From positions 182,627 to 246,626 of the forward strand of contig JBAYFY010000001.1 of assembly GCA_041666945.1 (NCBI GenBank): a DNA stretch of 64,000 nucleotides, read 5' to 3'. This DNA comes from Candidatus Buchananbacteria bacterium (lineage in GTDB: Bacteria > Patescibacteriota > Patescibacteriia > 2-01-FULL-39-33). Shown here one piece after another: positions 29,677-40,190 of this stretch (its first letter is position 1; every line of letters starts with the position of its first letter). Both the position numbers and the translations under genes were made by a program. A model generated the notes under the pieces. The model was given only the letters and a program-made list of their open reading frames with translations, was not told where the DNA came from and searched no databases.

Positions 29677-31026
29677 ATGAAAATATTCTTATTGGTTCCC
29701 AATTTCAATCGGGAAAAAAAATCCATTATGAACGTCAGAGCCAGACAGCCGTTATCAATGGCTATAATCGCCTCCGGCTTGAGGCAATCCGGCCATGACG
29801 TTAGTTTGCTGGATGCCAATGTTTTAAATTTTTCATTAGAGCAGATTGGGCAGGCGATTAAAAATTTTAATCCCGAAATCCTGATTGTCACTTCTACGCC
29901 GATTGATCGCTGGGAATGCCCTAATTCCCATATTGAAAATGTTTTTAAGATCATCAACCAGGCGACGGCTCAATATAAAGTTTTAATCGGCAGCCATGGC
30001 ACCACTATGCCCGAGTGGGTGTTTGATAATTGCCAAACGGATTTTATCATCAGGGGCGAGCCGGAATTAGCCGTAGAAAAATTGATTGCCGCCTTATCGG
30101 CTAAGCAGTCCGCCGCAGGCGTTGCCGGCTTATCCTATCGCCAAGACGGTAAAGTTATAAATAATCCCGGTGAAAGAATCCTTGATTTGGACGCCTTGCC
30201 GCTGCCGGCTTATGATTTGTTGCCCATGGATAAGTATTCCAGCAATGATTATGAAAGGCCGTTTTCCATTATGATGACTTCGCGCGGCTGTCCTTACAAT
30301 TGCGTTTTTTGTCTCAAAGAAATGATGCCCGGCCGTTATATTGTCAGAAGCGTTGATAAAGTGATTGAGGAAATTGAATATTTGATAAAAAATTTCCAAA
30401 TCAAATCGATTTTTTTTCAGGATTGGGAATTTTTCATTGATGGCGACAGAGTAAAGAAGATTTGTTCCGCCATTGTTTCCCGGGACTTAAAATTTTCTTG
30501 GGGCGCCAATGCCCGGGCGACTGATATCATTAAAAGCAGGGAAATCATGCCATTAGTCAAACAAGCCGGCTGTGTTAACGTGAACTTGGGCATGGAATCA
30601 GCCAGTGATCGGGTTTTGACTAAAATCAATAAAAAAATAACCGCCGCTGATTTGCAATTGGCGATTGATATTTTGAAAGAAAATAATATCGCCGGAGGAT
30701 ATTGCGTTTTATTAAACGCGCCCGGGGAGAATCGGCAAACCATTAAAGAAACCATTGACTTTATTGTTAAAAATGATTTGCAAGTCAAGCAATTTTTACC
30801 TGTCATTCCTTATCCCGGAACGGTTCTTTTTGAGCAAATAAAAAAGAAATTTCCCGGAAAAAACATAAATTGGAATAACATTGAAAAATACGCGGGCTTG
30901 ATTGATACTGGATCAAAGCCGTTTTGGAGTTTTTTGTTTTTAAGAAATTATAAGCAACGCCTTAAGTATGGCCGGGGATATTGGCTGAAACCGGTTTTTT
31001 GGCGGGAAGTTATTTTTAAAGATTGA
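29677..31026 (+). CDS. B12-binding domain radical SAM protein #5
   Basis: 'GSHGT', 'RGEPE', 'TSRGCPYNCVFC', 'GMESAS', 'PYPGT'. ATG at 29677 preferred over ORF-track 29500. Confidence 0.9.
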   Translation: MKIFLLVPNFNREKKSIMNVRARQPLSMAIIASGLRQSGHDVSLLDANVLNFSLEQIGQAIKNFNPEILIVTSTPIDRWECPNSHIENVFKIINQATAQYKVLIGSHGTTMPEWVFDNCQTDFIIRGEPELAVEKLIAALSAKQSAAGVAGLSYRQDGKVINNPGERILDLDALPLPAYDLLPMDKYSSNDYERPFSIMMTSRGCPYNCVFCLKEMMPGRYIVRSVDKVIEEIEYLIKNFQIKSIFFQDWEFFIDGDRVKKICSAIVSRDLKFSWGANARATDIIKSREIMPLVKQAGCVNVNLGMESASDRVLTKINKKITAADLQLAIDILKENNIAGGYCVLLNAPGENRQTIKETIDFIVKNDLQVKQFLPVIPYPGTVLFEQIKKKFPGKNINWNNIEKYAGLIDTGSKPFWSFLFLRNYKQRLKYGRGYWLKPVFWREVIFKD

Positions 31027-31027
31027 T

Positions 31028-32443
31028 ATGAGAATAGCTCTAATTTTTCCTCCCTCGCTTTATCAAACCAAAGAAACTATGCCGCCGCTCGGCTTGGCGT
31101 GGTTAGCCGCGGTTTTGCGAAACAACGGTTTTGACGATATTTATATTATTGATAGCGTCATTAATCGGTATGACAATAAAAAAGTGGTGGAAATCCTGAA
31201 AGAAAAGGGCGCCGATATGATCGGGCTGTCTTTCGGCACGCAAAATCGTTTTCATGCTTTTGAATTGGCGGAATTGATTAAAAAAAGTTTTCCCGCGACA
31301 CCCATTGTGGCCGGCGGGCCTCATCCGACCCTAACTGCCGCCGATACGCTAAAGCATATTAAATCAATAGACATAATCGTCAGAGGCGAGGGGGAATTGA
31401 CTTTTTTGGAGTTGGTTAAGGCGGTTGTCGCCGGGGAAGATTTAGCCGATATCAAGGGCTTGTCTTACCGCAACAGCCAAGGAGAAATCATCCATAACGC
31501 TAACCGTCAAGCGATTGCTGACTTGGATGGCTTGCCGTTGCCGGCCAGGGATCTGCTCCCCATTGATGAATACCGACAAACAATACCGTTATCAACGAAG
31601 ATTTGCACCAGCATTATCAGCAGCCGCGGCTGCCCGTATAATTGCGTTTATTGCTCTACTGCCGAGCAATGGGGCCATAATATCAGATATCGCAGCGCCA
31701 AAAATGTGGTTGACGAAATAGAATTTTTAATGGACAAATACAAATTGGAGGGAGTGGGTTTTTTTGATGATTGTTTTACCATGAATAAGCAAAGGGTAAT
31801 TGATATTTGCCAGGAAATAATCGCCAGACAACTGAAGGTTGGTTGGTGGTGCGAAGCCCGAGCCAATAATATTGACGTTGAGTTGATTGATTGGATGAAA
31901 CGGGCCGGTTGCGAGCATATCGCCATGGCTGCGGAATCGGGCAGCGATGAAATTTTGAAAAATATAAAAAAAGCCATTACCGTCAGCCAGGTTATTGAAG
32001 CGATAAAAATAATCAAAGGGGCGGGGATAAAATTGAAAGTATTTTTCATGCACGGCTTGCCGGGGGAAACTTATAAGGATATCAAGAAAACCGTTTATTT
32101 GAGCCGATATCTGGAAAATAAACTCGGTGTTGACGAAACAACCCAAACCTTGACAATGATTTATCCCCATACTGCGATTGAGTTGGAAGCCAAAAGAATC
32201 GGCACTCTGCCGGAGGATTTTTCCTGGGCGGAATATTACGAAGAAAAGCGATCATACCCTCCCTTGATATCTTGCGCTCATGTGCCGATTTTTGAGCAAC
32301 CCGGTTTAAGTTATGAGAAAATTTTTCAATTTGCCCGGCGAGCCAAGATAGAATACTATTTATCGCATCCGTTTTTTTCAACACGAAAACTTTGGAAGAA
32401 CAGAAAGAATATCCTTAAGTGGCTTACCACTAAAACTCCCTGA
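31028..32443 (+). CDS. B12-binding domain radical SAM protein #6
   Basis: 'PPLGLAWLAA', 'GGPHPT', 'GEGE', 'SSRGCPYNCVYC', 'AESGS'. Confidence 0.92.
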   Translation: MRIALIFPPSLYQTKETMPPLGLAWLAAVLRNNGFDDIYIIDSVINRYDNKKVVEILKEKGADMIGLSFGTQNRFHAFELAELIKKSFPATPIVAGGPHPTLTAADTLKHIKSIDIIVRGEGELTFLELVKAVVAGEDLADIKGLSYRNSQGEIIHNANRQAIADLDGLPLPARDLLPIDEYRQTIPLSTKICTSIISSRGCPYNCVYCSTAEQWGHNIRYRSAKNVVDEIEFLMDKYKLEGVGFFDDCFTMNKQRVIDICQEIIARQLKVGWWCEARANNIDVELIDWMKRAGCEHIAMAAESGSDEILKNIKKAITVSQVIEAIKIIKGAGIKLKVFFMHGLPGETYKDIKKTVYLSRYLENKLGVDETTQTLTMIYPHTAIELEAKRIGTLPEDFSWAEYYEEKRSYPPLISCAHVPIFEQPGLSYEKIFQFARRAKIEYYLSHPFFSTRKLWKNRKNILKWLTTKTP

Positions 32444-32445
32444 TT

Positions 32446-33606
32446 ATGAAAATTTACTCGCTTGATTCAATTAGAAAAATATTTTTACTGCCCTTGGCTT
32501 TTTTCTTGCGTTTTTTGGGCCGGTTTTATTTTAGAAAAAAGAGGGGACGGGCGATCGTAGTTTTCTATACCGGCAAACTGGGGGATATGGTTTGTTTGAC
32601 TCCGATTTTGGAAGCCCTAAAGGATAATGATCGGGAAGCGAAATTGATTGTTTGCGCCAGGAGCAAATTTTTGGATATTTGGCGGAATAATCCTTTTATT
32701 GACGAGAAGATTGGGTTTGTTCATGAACGGGAAGCGGGCGGCGTTAAATGGCTGCTCAAACAATGGCGGTTTTTGAGTCGGTTTGAAATCGCAGCTTACT
32801 TCAATTTGGTGAATAATTTTGAAGGCGGTATTTTGGGTTTGACTTTGCCCGCCCTTAAGTCATATTTGGTCACCACGCGATTGGATGGCCGATTGTCGCG
32901 CCTGCTCTACCCATATTACTCAACCAAGGATTATAAGTTTGACCGCCCGATCAAGGAATTTTATTTTGAGTTGTTACGAGAAGCCGGTTTTAGCGTTAAA
33001 AATAAAAGCAACCGATTGTTTTTTCCTGATGTCTGCCAGGAGGCGGATGATTTTTCCCGCCTGAATTCTTTAAGCGGCAGAACGGTTGTCGGCATTGTTA
33101 TTTCATCAGGCAAGGACTACAAAGTTTGGCCTAAGGATTATTGGATAAAATTGATACAAAAAATTCATGCCGAATATCAGTCAGTTTTTTTATTATTCGG
33201 CTTACAGGAGGAAGAAGAATATTTGGAACAAATCAGGCGGGCCACCGGCGGGGAAATTCATTTGATTTTAGGCAAGAATTTAGATATCTTGCCGTACTAT
33301 TTGAAAAAATGCCATTTATTCATCAGTGTTGATACCGGCTTATTGTATATCGCTGACGCTCTGTCAGTCCCCGTAGTTGATATCCTCGGCCCTTGCGATG
33401 ATAACAATCAACGGCCGGAAAATAACTACCGTTTAGTTACCGATCGCCAGGTTTGCCGGCCGCAATGTAGAATGCTATATAATGCGGATATAAATATCGC
33501 CGAAGTAAGGGCTTGTTTTTCAGCCATAACCCCGGATCAAGTATTAAACGCTTGCCGAGAGTTATTGCCCCCGCCCCATTCCGAAGTTGCCGTTAAAAAC
33601 CATTAA
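32446..33606 (+). CDS. Glycosyltransferase family 9 (heptosyltransferase-like)
   Basis: 'KLGDMVCLTP', 'NNPFID', 'KVWP', 'ISVDTGLLYIADALSVPVV'. Confidence 0.85.
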   Translation: MKIYSLDSIRKIFLLPLAFFLRFLGRFYFRKKRGRAIVVFYTGKLGDMVCLTPILEALKDNDREAKLIVCARSKFLDIWRNNPFIDEKIGFVHEREAGGVKWLLKQWRFLSRFEIAAYFNLVNNFEGGILGLTLPALKSYLVTTRLDGRLSRLLYPYYSTKDYKFDRPIKEFYFELLREAGFSVKNKSNRLFFPDVCQEADDFSRLNSLSGRTVVGIVISSGKDYKVWPKDYWIKLIQKIHAEYQSVFLLFGLQEEEEYLEQIRRATGGEIHLILGKNLDILPYYLKKCHLFISVDTGLLYIADALSVPVVDILGPCDDNNQRPENNYRLVTDRQVCRPQCRMLYNADINIAEVRACFSAITPDQVLNACRELLPPPHSEVAVKNH

Positions 33607-33610
33607 TTAT

Positions 33611-33639
33611 TTGATTTTTCCTTGAAAATGTGTTATAAA
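33611..33639 (+). promoter_or_regulatory. Putative internal promoter
   Basis: TTGATT-N17-TATAAA with TG extension, in the largest (about 95 bp) gap of the + strand block. Confidence 0.4.
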
Positions 33640-33700
33640 ATATACTCTTACTGTTGTATGTTTGACGATATTAATCGGCAGGCAATACGCAAGTATACTT

Positions 33701-35197
33701 ATGAAATTTTTGTTAATCTCAATTAATCAGCAGGACGTTGAAGAGTTTAAAAAAGCTCCGACTGATATTAGCGCTTTGGGTGCCAGATATCTTTCTTCCT
33801 ACCTTAAAAGCCATGGCCGAGAAGTGGCGATTTTATTTTTATCCAAACCCCACGGAGAATTGGAAACCGCTGATGAATTGTGGCAGATCAATAACCTTGT
33901 TAAAAAATATCAGCCGGATTTAGTCGGCCTTAGTTTGATGTCAAATCATTTTTTTCGCGCCAAGAATATCACCATGGCCATCAAAAAATCTTTTCCGAGT
34001 TTGCCGATAATTTGGGGCGGAATTCATCCCACTATTGATCCGGAAAACTGCCTAAAGTACGCTGATTTGGTCTGTGTCGGGGAGGGCGAGTCGGCTCTTT
34101 TGCAATTAACTGAAAATAATAACTGGCTTGATTATCGGAGAGTTAACATTCCCGGCTTGTGGTACAGGGACGGCGATCAAATTGTCAGTGGCGGCAAATC
34201 GGTTTTAGTTGAAAATATCGACGAGTTGCCTTTTCCGGATTATGATTTTTCCGATCATTATATTATTCATCAGGGCGAATTACTGGCCATGACGGAGAGT
34301 ATTTTTCGGCAGTATTATCCGGCCGCGCGAGGCGATCATCGCTTATTATCTTCGCGCGGCTGCCCTCACGCCTGCGCTTATTGTTGTAATTCGGTTTTCC
34401 GTAACATTTATAGCGGTGTTTTTTTAAGGAAGCGTTCTGTCGATCAATTGATTGCCGAAATGAAAGCGATTAAAGAAAAATTTCCCTTTATCCATTCATT
34501 TAAAATCATGGATGACAGCTTTGCTGTCAATGACCTGAATTGGATCAATGAATTCAATCGGCTTTATAAAACAGAGATTAATTTGCCATTTTTTTGTTTG
34601 GCCAGCCCCACCACCATTGACGCCGTTAAATTGGAACTATTGGTTGATGCCGGACTGGAGACCATTCAAATAGGCCTGCAGAGCGGCAGCGACCGGGTAA
34701 ATCAAGAGGTCTACTTGAGATATGCCAAATCCGATCAGTTTTTAGCCGCTATGGCTCTCTTAGATAAATATCGCGGCAAGTTGCATGTCATCGTTGACGT
34801 CATCCTGGATAATCCCTATGAAAATGAAGCCGATTTGCTTTCAACCATCGCCGTTCTTAATCAGATTAAAAAACCTTTCCATCTCTCGTTATTCTCCCTG
34901 ACCTTCTATCCCGGTACGGAATTATACCGTCGGGCCATTGCTGACGGCCATTTGATCGACGGCCAGGAATATTTGAAGAAGCAGTTTCATTTGTTGAACA
35001 AGAATTATTTAAACAAAGTCATTTATCTTATTCCTCGGCTTCAGAAGAATCAAATTGATTATTTGGCGAAAAATCGCAATAATCCCTTTATCCGTGCGGG
35101 TGTTTCCATTTTGTATTTGTTTTTTATGAAGAAAAACAAGATTCCCCAACCCTTAATCAAGATTATGTTTTCCGTCAAAAAATTAATCAGCCATTAA
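33701..35197 (+). CDS. B12-binding domain radical SAM protein #7
   Basis: 'WGGIHPT', 'GEGE', 'SSRGCPHACAYC', 'GLQSGS', 'FYPGT'. ATG at 33701 (ORF track starts at 33662). Confidence 0.9.
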   Translation: MKFLLISINQQDVEEFKKAPTDISALGARYLSSYLKSHGREVAILFLSKPHGELETADELWQINNLVKKYQPDLVGLSLMSNHFFRAKNITMAIKKSFPSLPIIWGGIHPTIDPENCLKYADLVCVGEGESALLQLTENNNWLDYRRVNIPGLWYRDGDQIVSGGKSVLVENIDELPFPDYDFSDHYIIHQGELLAMTESIFRQYYPAARGDHRLLSSRGCPHACAYCCNSVFRNIYSGVFLRKRSVDQLIAEMKAIKEKFPFIHSFKIMDDSFAVNDLNWINEFNRLYKTEINLPFFCLASPTTIDAVKLELLVDAGLETIQIGLQSGSDRVNQEVYLRYAKSDQFLAAMALLDKYRGKLHVIVDVILDNPYENEADLLSTIAVLNQIKKPFHLSLFSLTFYPGTELYRRAIADGHLIDGQEYLKKQFHLLNKNYLNKVIYLIPRLQKNQIDYLAKNRNNPFIRAGVSILYLFFMKKNKIPQPLIKIMFSVKKLISH

Positions 35198-35209
35198 CAT
35201 TTAAAAACC

Positions 35210-36544
35210 ATGGCGGCAATAAAACAAAAAATTACCCAGGCCTGGCGGTATTTGTGGCAGTTGAATTTTTTTCGCGACCTATTGGTTTTGCAATGGGGTT
35301 CTTTTTGGGATTTGGGTTTATCACTGATCGCTTCCGTTATTTATGCCCGAGTTTTGGGCGTCGGCGCTTATGGCGACTATGCCTTGATTTTTGCTTTAGC
35401 CAGCTTCGCCGGATTATTCATGGATTGGGGCACCGGTTACGCCACTTTGACGCTTTTGGCCGAGGCCTATGCCAAAAGAAGCCGCCAGGATATCAAAGAC
35501 ATCATTACTTATTTTTTTAAATTGAATTTGATTATCGCGGTAACTTTTGGTTTGTTAGCCATTCTTTCGGCTCCGACTCTGGCGCAATATTTTTACCACA
35601 ACCGCCTGATTGGCGAATTGGCTCGGTTGATAATAGTCGGCTACATTTTCCAAATATTTTTCGGCTTATTGGTGAATTTGCTTCAAGTCATGCGGAAGAT
35701 AAAATACCTAACCATTATAGAAAATGTTAACAAATTTTTTGCCGTTTTTTTACCCGTAATTTTTGTCTTCATGGGGTTCGGCTTGGCTGGAATCGCCTGG
35801 GGTTATTTGCTGACTATCATCGGCACCATGGTTTTTTCTATTTTAGTTTATCGAAATTTTGCGCGCCGCAATGAATTGGTGCCGTCATTTCGCGAAATTT
35901 TGATTAACTTCCATCAAGTTAGAATTAAGAAATATTTTAATTTCGGTTTCGTTATGGCCGCGGATAAAAATATCTCTAATTTATTCAATATTCTGCCCTT
36001 ATTAATTCTTGGTTATCTGGCTTCTTCAGTTGAAGTGGCTAATCTGAAAATCGCCTTAGCTTATTTGGCTTTGTCTAATGTTTTTTTAACTCCGATCAGC
36101 CGTTTATTGCAGGTGCAATTGCCCAAAGCTAAAGTTGCCGGCATTAAGGATTTGAAGGTTAATTTTTATAAATCCTCGCTTTTTGCCGGATTGATTTTCT
36201 TTTTTATTGTTTTGGCTTCTTTGATTGTTGCTCCCTATGTTATTAGAATCGTTTATGGTTCGGCGTTTGATTTAAGCATTAAATTGGTTTATCCGCTGTC
36301 GTTAAGCGTTATTTTTTCCGGTTTCGCCATCGGCTTAGGAGCAGTTTATCGAACAATCAATAAAAATATCTATGCTATTGCCATAAATCTCGCCAATCTG
36401 ATTTCTGGTTTTATCTTGATGTTTTTTCTCTTGCAGTTCATTTCTCCGTTAAGCGCTATTATTATTTTAATAATTTACTGGTCGTTTTTTAGCTTAGCGG
36501 CCCATTTTTCGTATTTAAAGAGTTATTTTTTGAAACTATATTAA
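35210..36544 (+). CDS. Wzx-like oligosaccharide flippase (polysaccharide biosynthesis/MOP family)
   Basis: About 12 TM; 'ARVLGVGAYGDYAL', 'DWG'; located within the glycan locus. Confidence 0.85.
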   Translation: MAAIKQKITQAWRYLWQLNFFRDLLVLQWGSFWDLGLSLIASVIYARVLGVGAYGDYALIFALASFAGLFMDWGTGYATLTLLAEAYAKRSRQDIKDIITYFFKLNLIIAVTFGLLAILSAPTLAQYFYHNRLIGELARLIIVGYIFQIFFGLLVNLLQVMRKIKYLTIIENVNKFFAVFLPVIFVFMGFGLAGIAWGYLLTIIGTMVFSILVYRNFARRNELVPSFREILINFHQVRIKKYFNFGFVMAADKNISNLFNILPLLILGYLASSVEVANLKIALAYLALSNVFLTPISRLLQVQLPKAKVAGIKDLKVNFYKSSLFAGLIFFFIVLASLIVAPYVIRIVYGSAFDLSIKLVYPLSLSVIFSGFAIGLGAVYRTINKNIYAIAINLANLISGFILMFFLLQFISPLSAIIILIIYWSFFSLAAHFSYLKSYFLKLY

Positions 36545-36547
36545 GTT

Positions 36548-37777
36548 ATGAAAATATTATTCGTTTCCGATGATTTCCCGCCGGTAACTCATACGGGGCC
36601 GTCCATCGTGACTTATAATTTAGCCCAAGGCCTGATTAAATTGGGCCATAGTATTTTCGTCATCGCCAGCGTTCAAGATAAACAACGGGCCGGAATGGAG
36701 ATTTACGACGGCATAGAAGTCCATCGGATTTATGCTTGCTATCCGGATCGTTGGAATAGTTATGTGAGTTTGTTCAATCCCCAGGTCGTTTTCAAATTTA
36801 AGAAGATAATCAAGAAAATCAAGCCGGATATTTGCCATTTTCATAATGTCCATGGCCATATATCGTACCATACTTTTTCTCTCGGCCGGCGATATTCCCG
36901 AGCGGTTTTTTTGACGGCGCACGATACGATGCTTTTTAATTACGGCAAACTTAATTTAAAAAACGGCACCTGCCGTTATAAAGTGAGTTTTGTGGATAAT
37001 TTAAGAAACGCTAAAAAAAGATACAATCCCTTGCGTAATATTTTAATTAAGCATTATCTCAAATATATAGACAAAATTTTTTGCATTACTAATGCGCAAA
37101 AAGAACTTTTGGCTTTAAACGGTATTACTAACACAGCCACGATCCATAATGCCATTGCCAGCGATTATTGGCAAAATAATAATTCGGAGATTGAGGCGTT
37201 TAAGGAAAAATTCAAATTGGCCGGTAAAAAGGTGGTTATGTTTGGCGGACGATTGAGCGAGGCCAAGGGCGGCGGCGCCATTATTGAGGCCATGACTCGG
37301 GTGGTGAAGGAAGTGGATAATGCAGTATTAGTGGTAGTCGGAGAGATGACCGGTTATGCCAAGGATTTAATTAATAAAATTAATAATACCCGACTTGCCG
37401 ACAAGGTTTTATTTACCGGCTGGCTAAGTCGTCAAGAAATAGGGTTGGCTTTTTTTTCGGCTGACGTTTGCGTCACGCCGTCAATTTATTTCGATCCGTT
37501 TAATCTGTTTAATATCGAAGCCATGTCAGCCGGCAAACCGGTGGTCGGGACTTGTTTTGGCGGGACCCCGGAGATTGTAGTTGACGGCGTAACCGGCTAT
37601 ATAGTTAACCCGCTTAAAACCGAAGAATTCGCCGATAGAATCGTGGACTTATTGAAGCAGCCGGATCTGGCCGAGAAATTCGGGCGGGCTGGCCGCCAAA
37701 GAGTGCTAAAAGATTTTTCCCTTAATGAACAGATGACCGAAACTCTTGGCTGGTATAATAAGTTTATAGATAAATAA
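36548..37777 (+). CDS. Glycosyltransferase family 4
   Basis: 'GGRLSEAKG', 'DPFNLFNIEAMSAGKPVVGTCFGGTPE'. Confidence 0.9.
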   Translation: MKILFVSDDFPPVTHTGPSIVTYNLAQGLIKLGHSIFVIASVQDKQRAGMEIYDGIEVHRIYACYPDRWNSYVSLFNPQVVFKFKKIIKKIKPDICHFHNVHGHISYHTFSLGRRYSRAVFLTAHDTMLFNYGKLNLKNGTCRYKVSFVDNLRNAKKRYNPLRNILIKHYLKYIDKIFCITNAQKELLALNGITNTATIHNAIASDYWQNNNSEIEAFKEKFKLAGKKVVMFGGRLSEAKGGGAIIEAMTRVVKEVDNAVLVVVGEMTGYAKDLINKINNTRLADKVLFTGWLSRQEIGLAFFSADVCVTPSIYFDPFNLFNIEAMSAGKPVVGTCFGGTPEIVVDGVTGYIVNPLKTEEFADRIVDLLKQPDLAEKFGRAGRQRVLKDFSLNEQMTETLGWYNKFIDK

Positions 37778-37785
37778 TTATTACT

Positions 37786-39234
37786 ATGGATCTGTTGCTG
37801 ATTGAAGTCAGGGGTATAAACAAATACATCAATAACGGCTTGGCTTATTTGGGCGGCTCGCTGATCGGGCGTTGTGCTTTTAATATTATTGATTTGAATT
37901 TTTTGGCTTGGTCGCCCGATCAGTTGAAAGATTTTATCATTGCCGTTAATCCCAAAGTTTTGGGTTTTTCGGTCAAATCCACCAATGCGGCAGCAGTTGA
38001 GGATTTAATTGCCGAACTGAAAGGAAAAATCAACAGCTTGATCATTGTTGGGGGGCCGCATGTTAGTTTGTTGGGAACGGAATATTTGCGGGCTAACCCT
38101 GACATTGATTATGGCTTGCAGTTTGAGGCCGAACGATCCCTGCCGCTTTTTTTTGATTTTTTAGCCGGTCAAAAAAAAATTGATGAGGTCCCCGGATTGG
38201 TTTACAGGGCTAACGGAGAATGTCTCGCCAATCCTTACTCTTTTACCGTTGACTTGGATAAATTGAATTTTCCCGATTACGATCATTTTGCCGAGTTTAA
38301 TCCCAGCCGATATTTTAGGGATCATCCTTATCCGCTGTTAACCAGCCGCGGCTGTCCGTATAATTGTATTTATTGTTCGGTTAAGTTTGTCAGCGGCCGA
38401 CTTTGGCGGTTTAGGAGCGTGGAAAATATTATTGAAGAAATAATCGCCGCTAAGGAAAAATATCAGATAAGCAGCTTTGAATTGGTTGATGATAATTTCA
38501 CTCTGGATATTGATCGGGCTTTGCTGTTCTGCCGCTCATTGGTTGATCGGCAATTAAATCTCATTTGGGGCTGCCCCAATGGCATCAGGGCCGATCGGGT
38601 TAATCAGGAACTGTGCAAGGCCATGTATGAGTCAGGTTGCCGTCATGTCGCTTTGGGCATAGAAAGTGGCGTACCCGAAATTTTTGACCGGATAAAAAAA
38701 GGCGAGAAATTAGAAGATGTCGCCAAGGCCGCTAAGATGTTGATGGAAAGCGGCATCAAAGTTACGGGGTTTTTCATTGTCGGTTTGCCTGGCGATAGCA
38801 TCAAGCATACCAAACAAACGGTGAAATTTTTCAATCAATTAAAATTAAACGGCGGCATTAAGTGGAATTTTTTAATTCCCTATCCCCATACCGAATTGTG
38901 GGATTGGATTAAAAAAGAAGGGAAATTATTGAATAATTTCGCTTTAGGCCGTCATTTTTCTAAAACGGGGGATAGAATTATCCCGATTTTTGAAACTGCC
39001 GATTTTAGCTCTCAAGCTCGGTTGAAAGCTTGGAAAATTGCCAATTTATCCACCGAGTCGTATTCAGCCGTCTTTAAAATACCAAAAAATCCGATCGTTT
39101 TCAGGCTAAAAATGGCTTATTTTTTATTATTGTATGCCCCGCAAGTGTTGTGGCGGAAATTATCAGGGATAATCCCAAAATTGTTAAGGAATCAGCGGAA
39201 TATTAAAGCGGCTTCCAAGAAACATGATTTATGA
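37786..39234 (+). CDS. B12-binding domain radical SAM protein #8
   Basis: 'GGPHVS', 'TSRGCPYNCIYC', 'DDNF', 'GIESG', 'GLPGD', 'PYPHT'. Confidence 0.9.
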   Translation: MDLLLIEVRGINKYINNGLAYLGGSLIGRCAFNIIDLNFLAWSPDQLKDFIIAVNPKVLGFSVKSTNAAAVEDLIAELKGKINSLIIVGGPHVSLLGTEYLRANPDIDYGLQFEAERSLPLFFDFLAGQKKIDEVPGLVYRANGECLANPYSFTVDLDKLNFPDYDHFAEFNPSRYFRDHPYPLLTSRGCPYNCIYCSVKFVSGRLWRFRSVENIIEEIIAAKEKYQISSFELVDDNFTLDIDRALLFCRSLVDRQLNLIWGCPNGIRADRVNQELCKAMYESGCRHVALGIESGVPEIFDRIKKGEKLEDVAKAAKMLMESGIKVTGFFIVGLPGDSIKHTKQTVKFFNQLKLNGGIKWNFLIPYPHTELWDWIKKEGKLLNNFALGRHFSKTGDRIIPIFETADFSSQARLKAWKIANLSTESYSAVFKIPKNPIVFRLKMAYFLLLYAPQVLWRKLSGIIPKLLRNQRNIKAASKKHDL

Positions 39235-40187
39235 ATCAGATTAATCCCCGAGTTGACATCGTTATTTGCAGTTATAAGAATAAAGAATTGACCGCAAAAT
39301 GCCTTGACTCCTTGTTGGATTCAACGTATATTAACTATAATATTATTTTAGTTGATGACCATTCCCCGGATGATTCAGTTGATTATTTTCAACGACATTA
39401 CCCGGAAATCACTGTTATTGCAAATGAAGTTAATCTGGGTCCGGCGGCATCGCGCAACCGGGGAATTAATCATGGACAAGCCGAATATATCGTAACCATG
39501 GATAATGATGCGACGCTGTCTAAAACCTGGCTGACCGAAATGATCCGATTAATGGATTCAGACGAAAGCATAGGACAGGCCGTAGGAAAAATTTTGTTTG
39601 CCGGTGAACCCGGGAAAATAGCCGCTGCCGGCGGCAGCATGTTATTCCGCGGCAAGGGTTATGATATCGGTCTGGGCGCGGAAGCGGATAACCCCCGGTA
39701 TAACCAATTCAGACAGGTGCTTTATGCCTGCAGCGCTTCAATGATTATCAGACGCAGCGTCCTAGAGAAAATCGGCGGTTTTTACGAGGGCTACTATCAT
39801 GGTTATGAAGATACCGATTTGTCATTAAGAGCCAACATCGCCGGTTTCAAAGTCGTTTATCAGCCGAACAGCATCAGTTATCACGGCCTTAGCGCGACCG
39901 TAAATAAGACCATTGATAATAAACGAACAACTTATCTTTGGATGCGGAATCGGTTGCTAATCATGTTAAGAAATTATCCCTGGCCGTTTTTGATTAAATT
40001 TTTTCCGCTTAATATTCGTTTTAATATCGGCCATTGCCTAAGCGAGCCCGACGATTTCTTGCCGTTTATCAGAAGTATTATTTCCATTATTATTAATGCT
40101 TTCAATATCCATTCTGCTCGTAAAGAAAATAAACGGTTGAAAAAAATCAGCGACGAGCGGCTGGAACAATTATTCAATTTAAATTAA
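39231..40187 (+). CDS. Glycosyltransferase family 2 (WbbL/GT2_like-type)
   Basis: 'VDDHSPD', 'NLGPAASRNRG', 'MDND', 'GYEDTDLSLR', 'RNR'. Confidence 0.9.
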   Translation: MNQINPRVDIVICSYKNKELTAKCLDSLLDSTYINYNIILVDDHSPDDSVDYFQRHYPEITVIANEVNLGPAASRNRGINHGQAEYIVTMDNDATLSKTWLTEMIRLMDSDESIGQAVGKILFAGEPGKIAAAGGSMLFRGKGYDIGLGAEADNPRYNQFRQVLYACSASMIIRRSVLEKIGGFYEGYYHGYEDTDLSLRANIAGFKVVYQPNSISYHGLSATVNKTIDNKRTTYLWMRNRLLIMLRNYPWPFLIKFFPLNIRFNIGHCLSEPDDFLPFIRSIISIIINAFNIHSARKENKRLKKISDERLEQLFNLN

Positions 40188-40190
40188 TCT

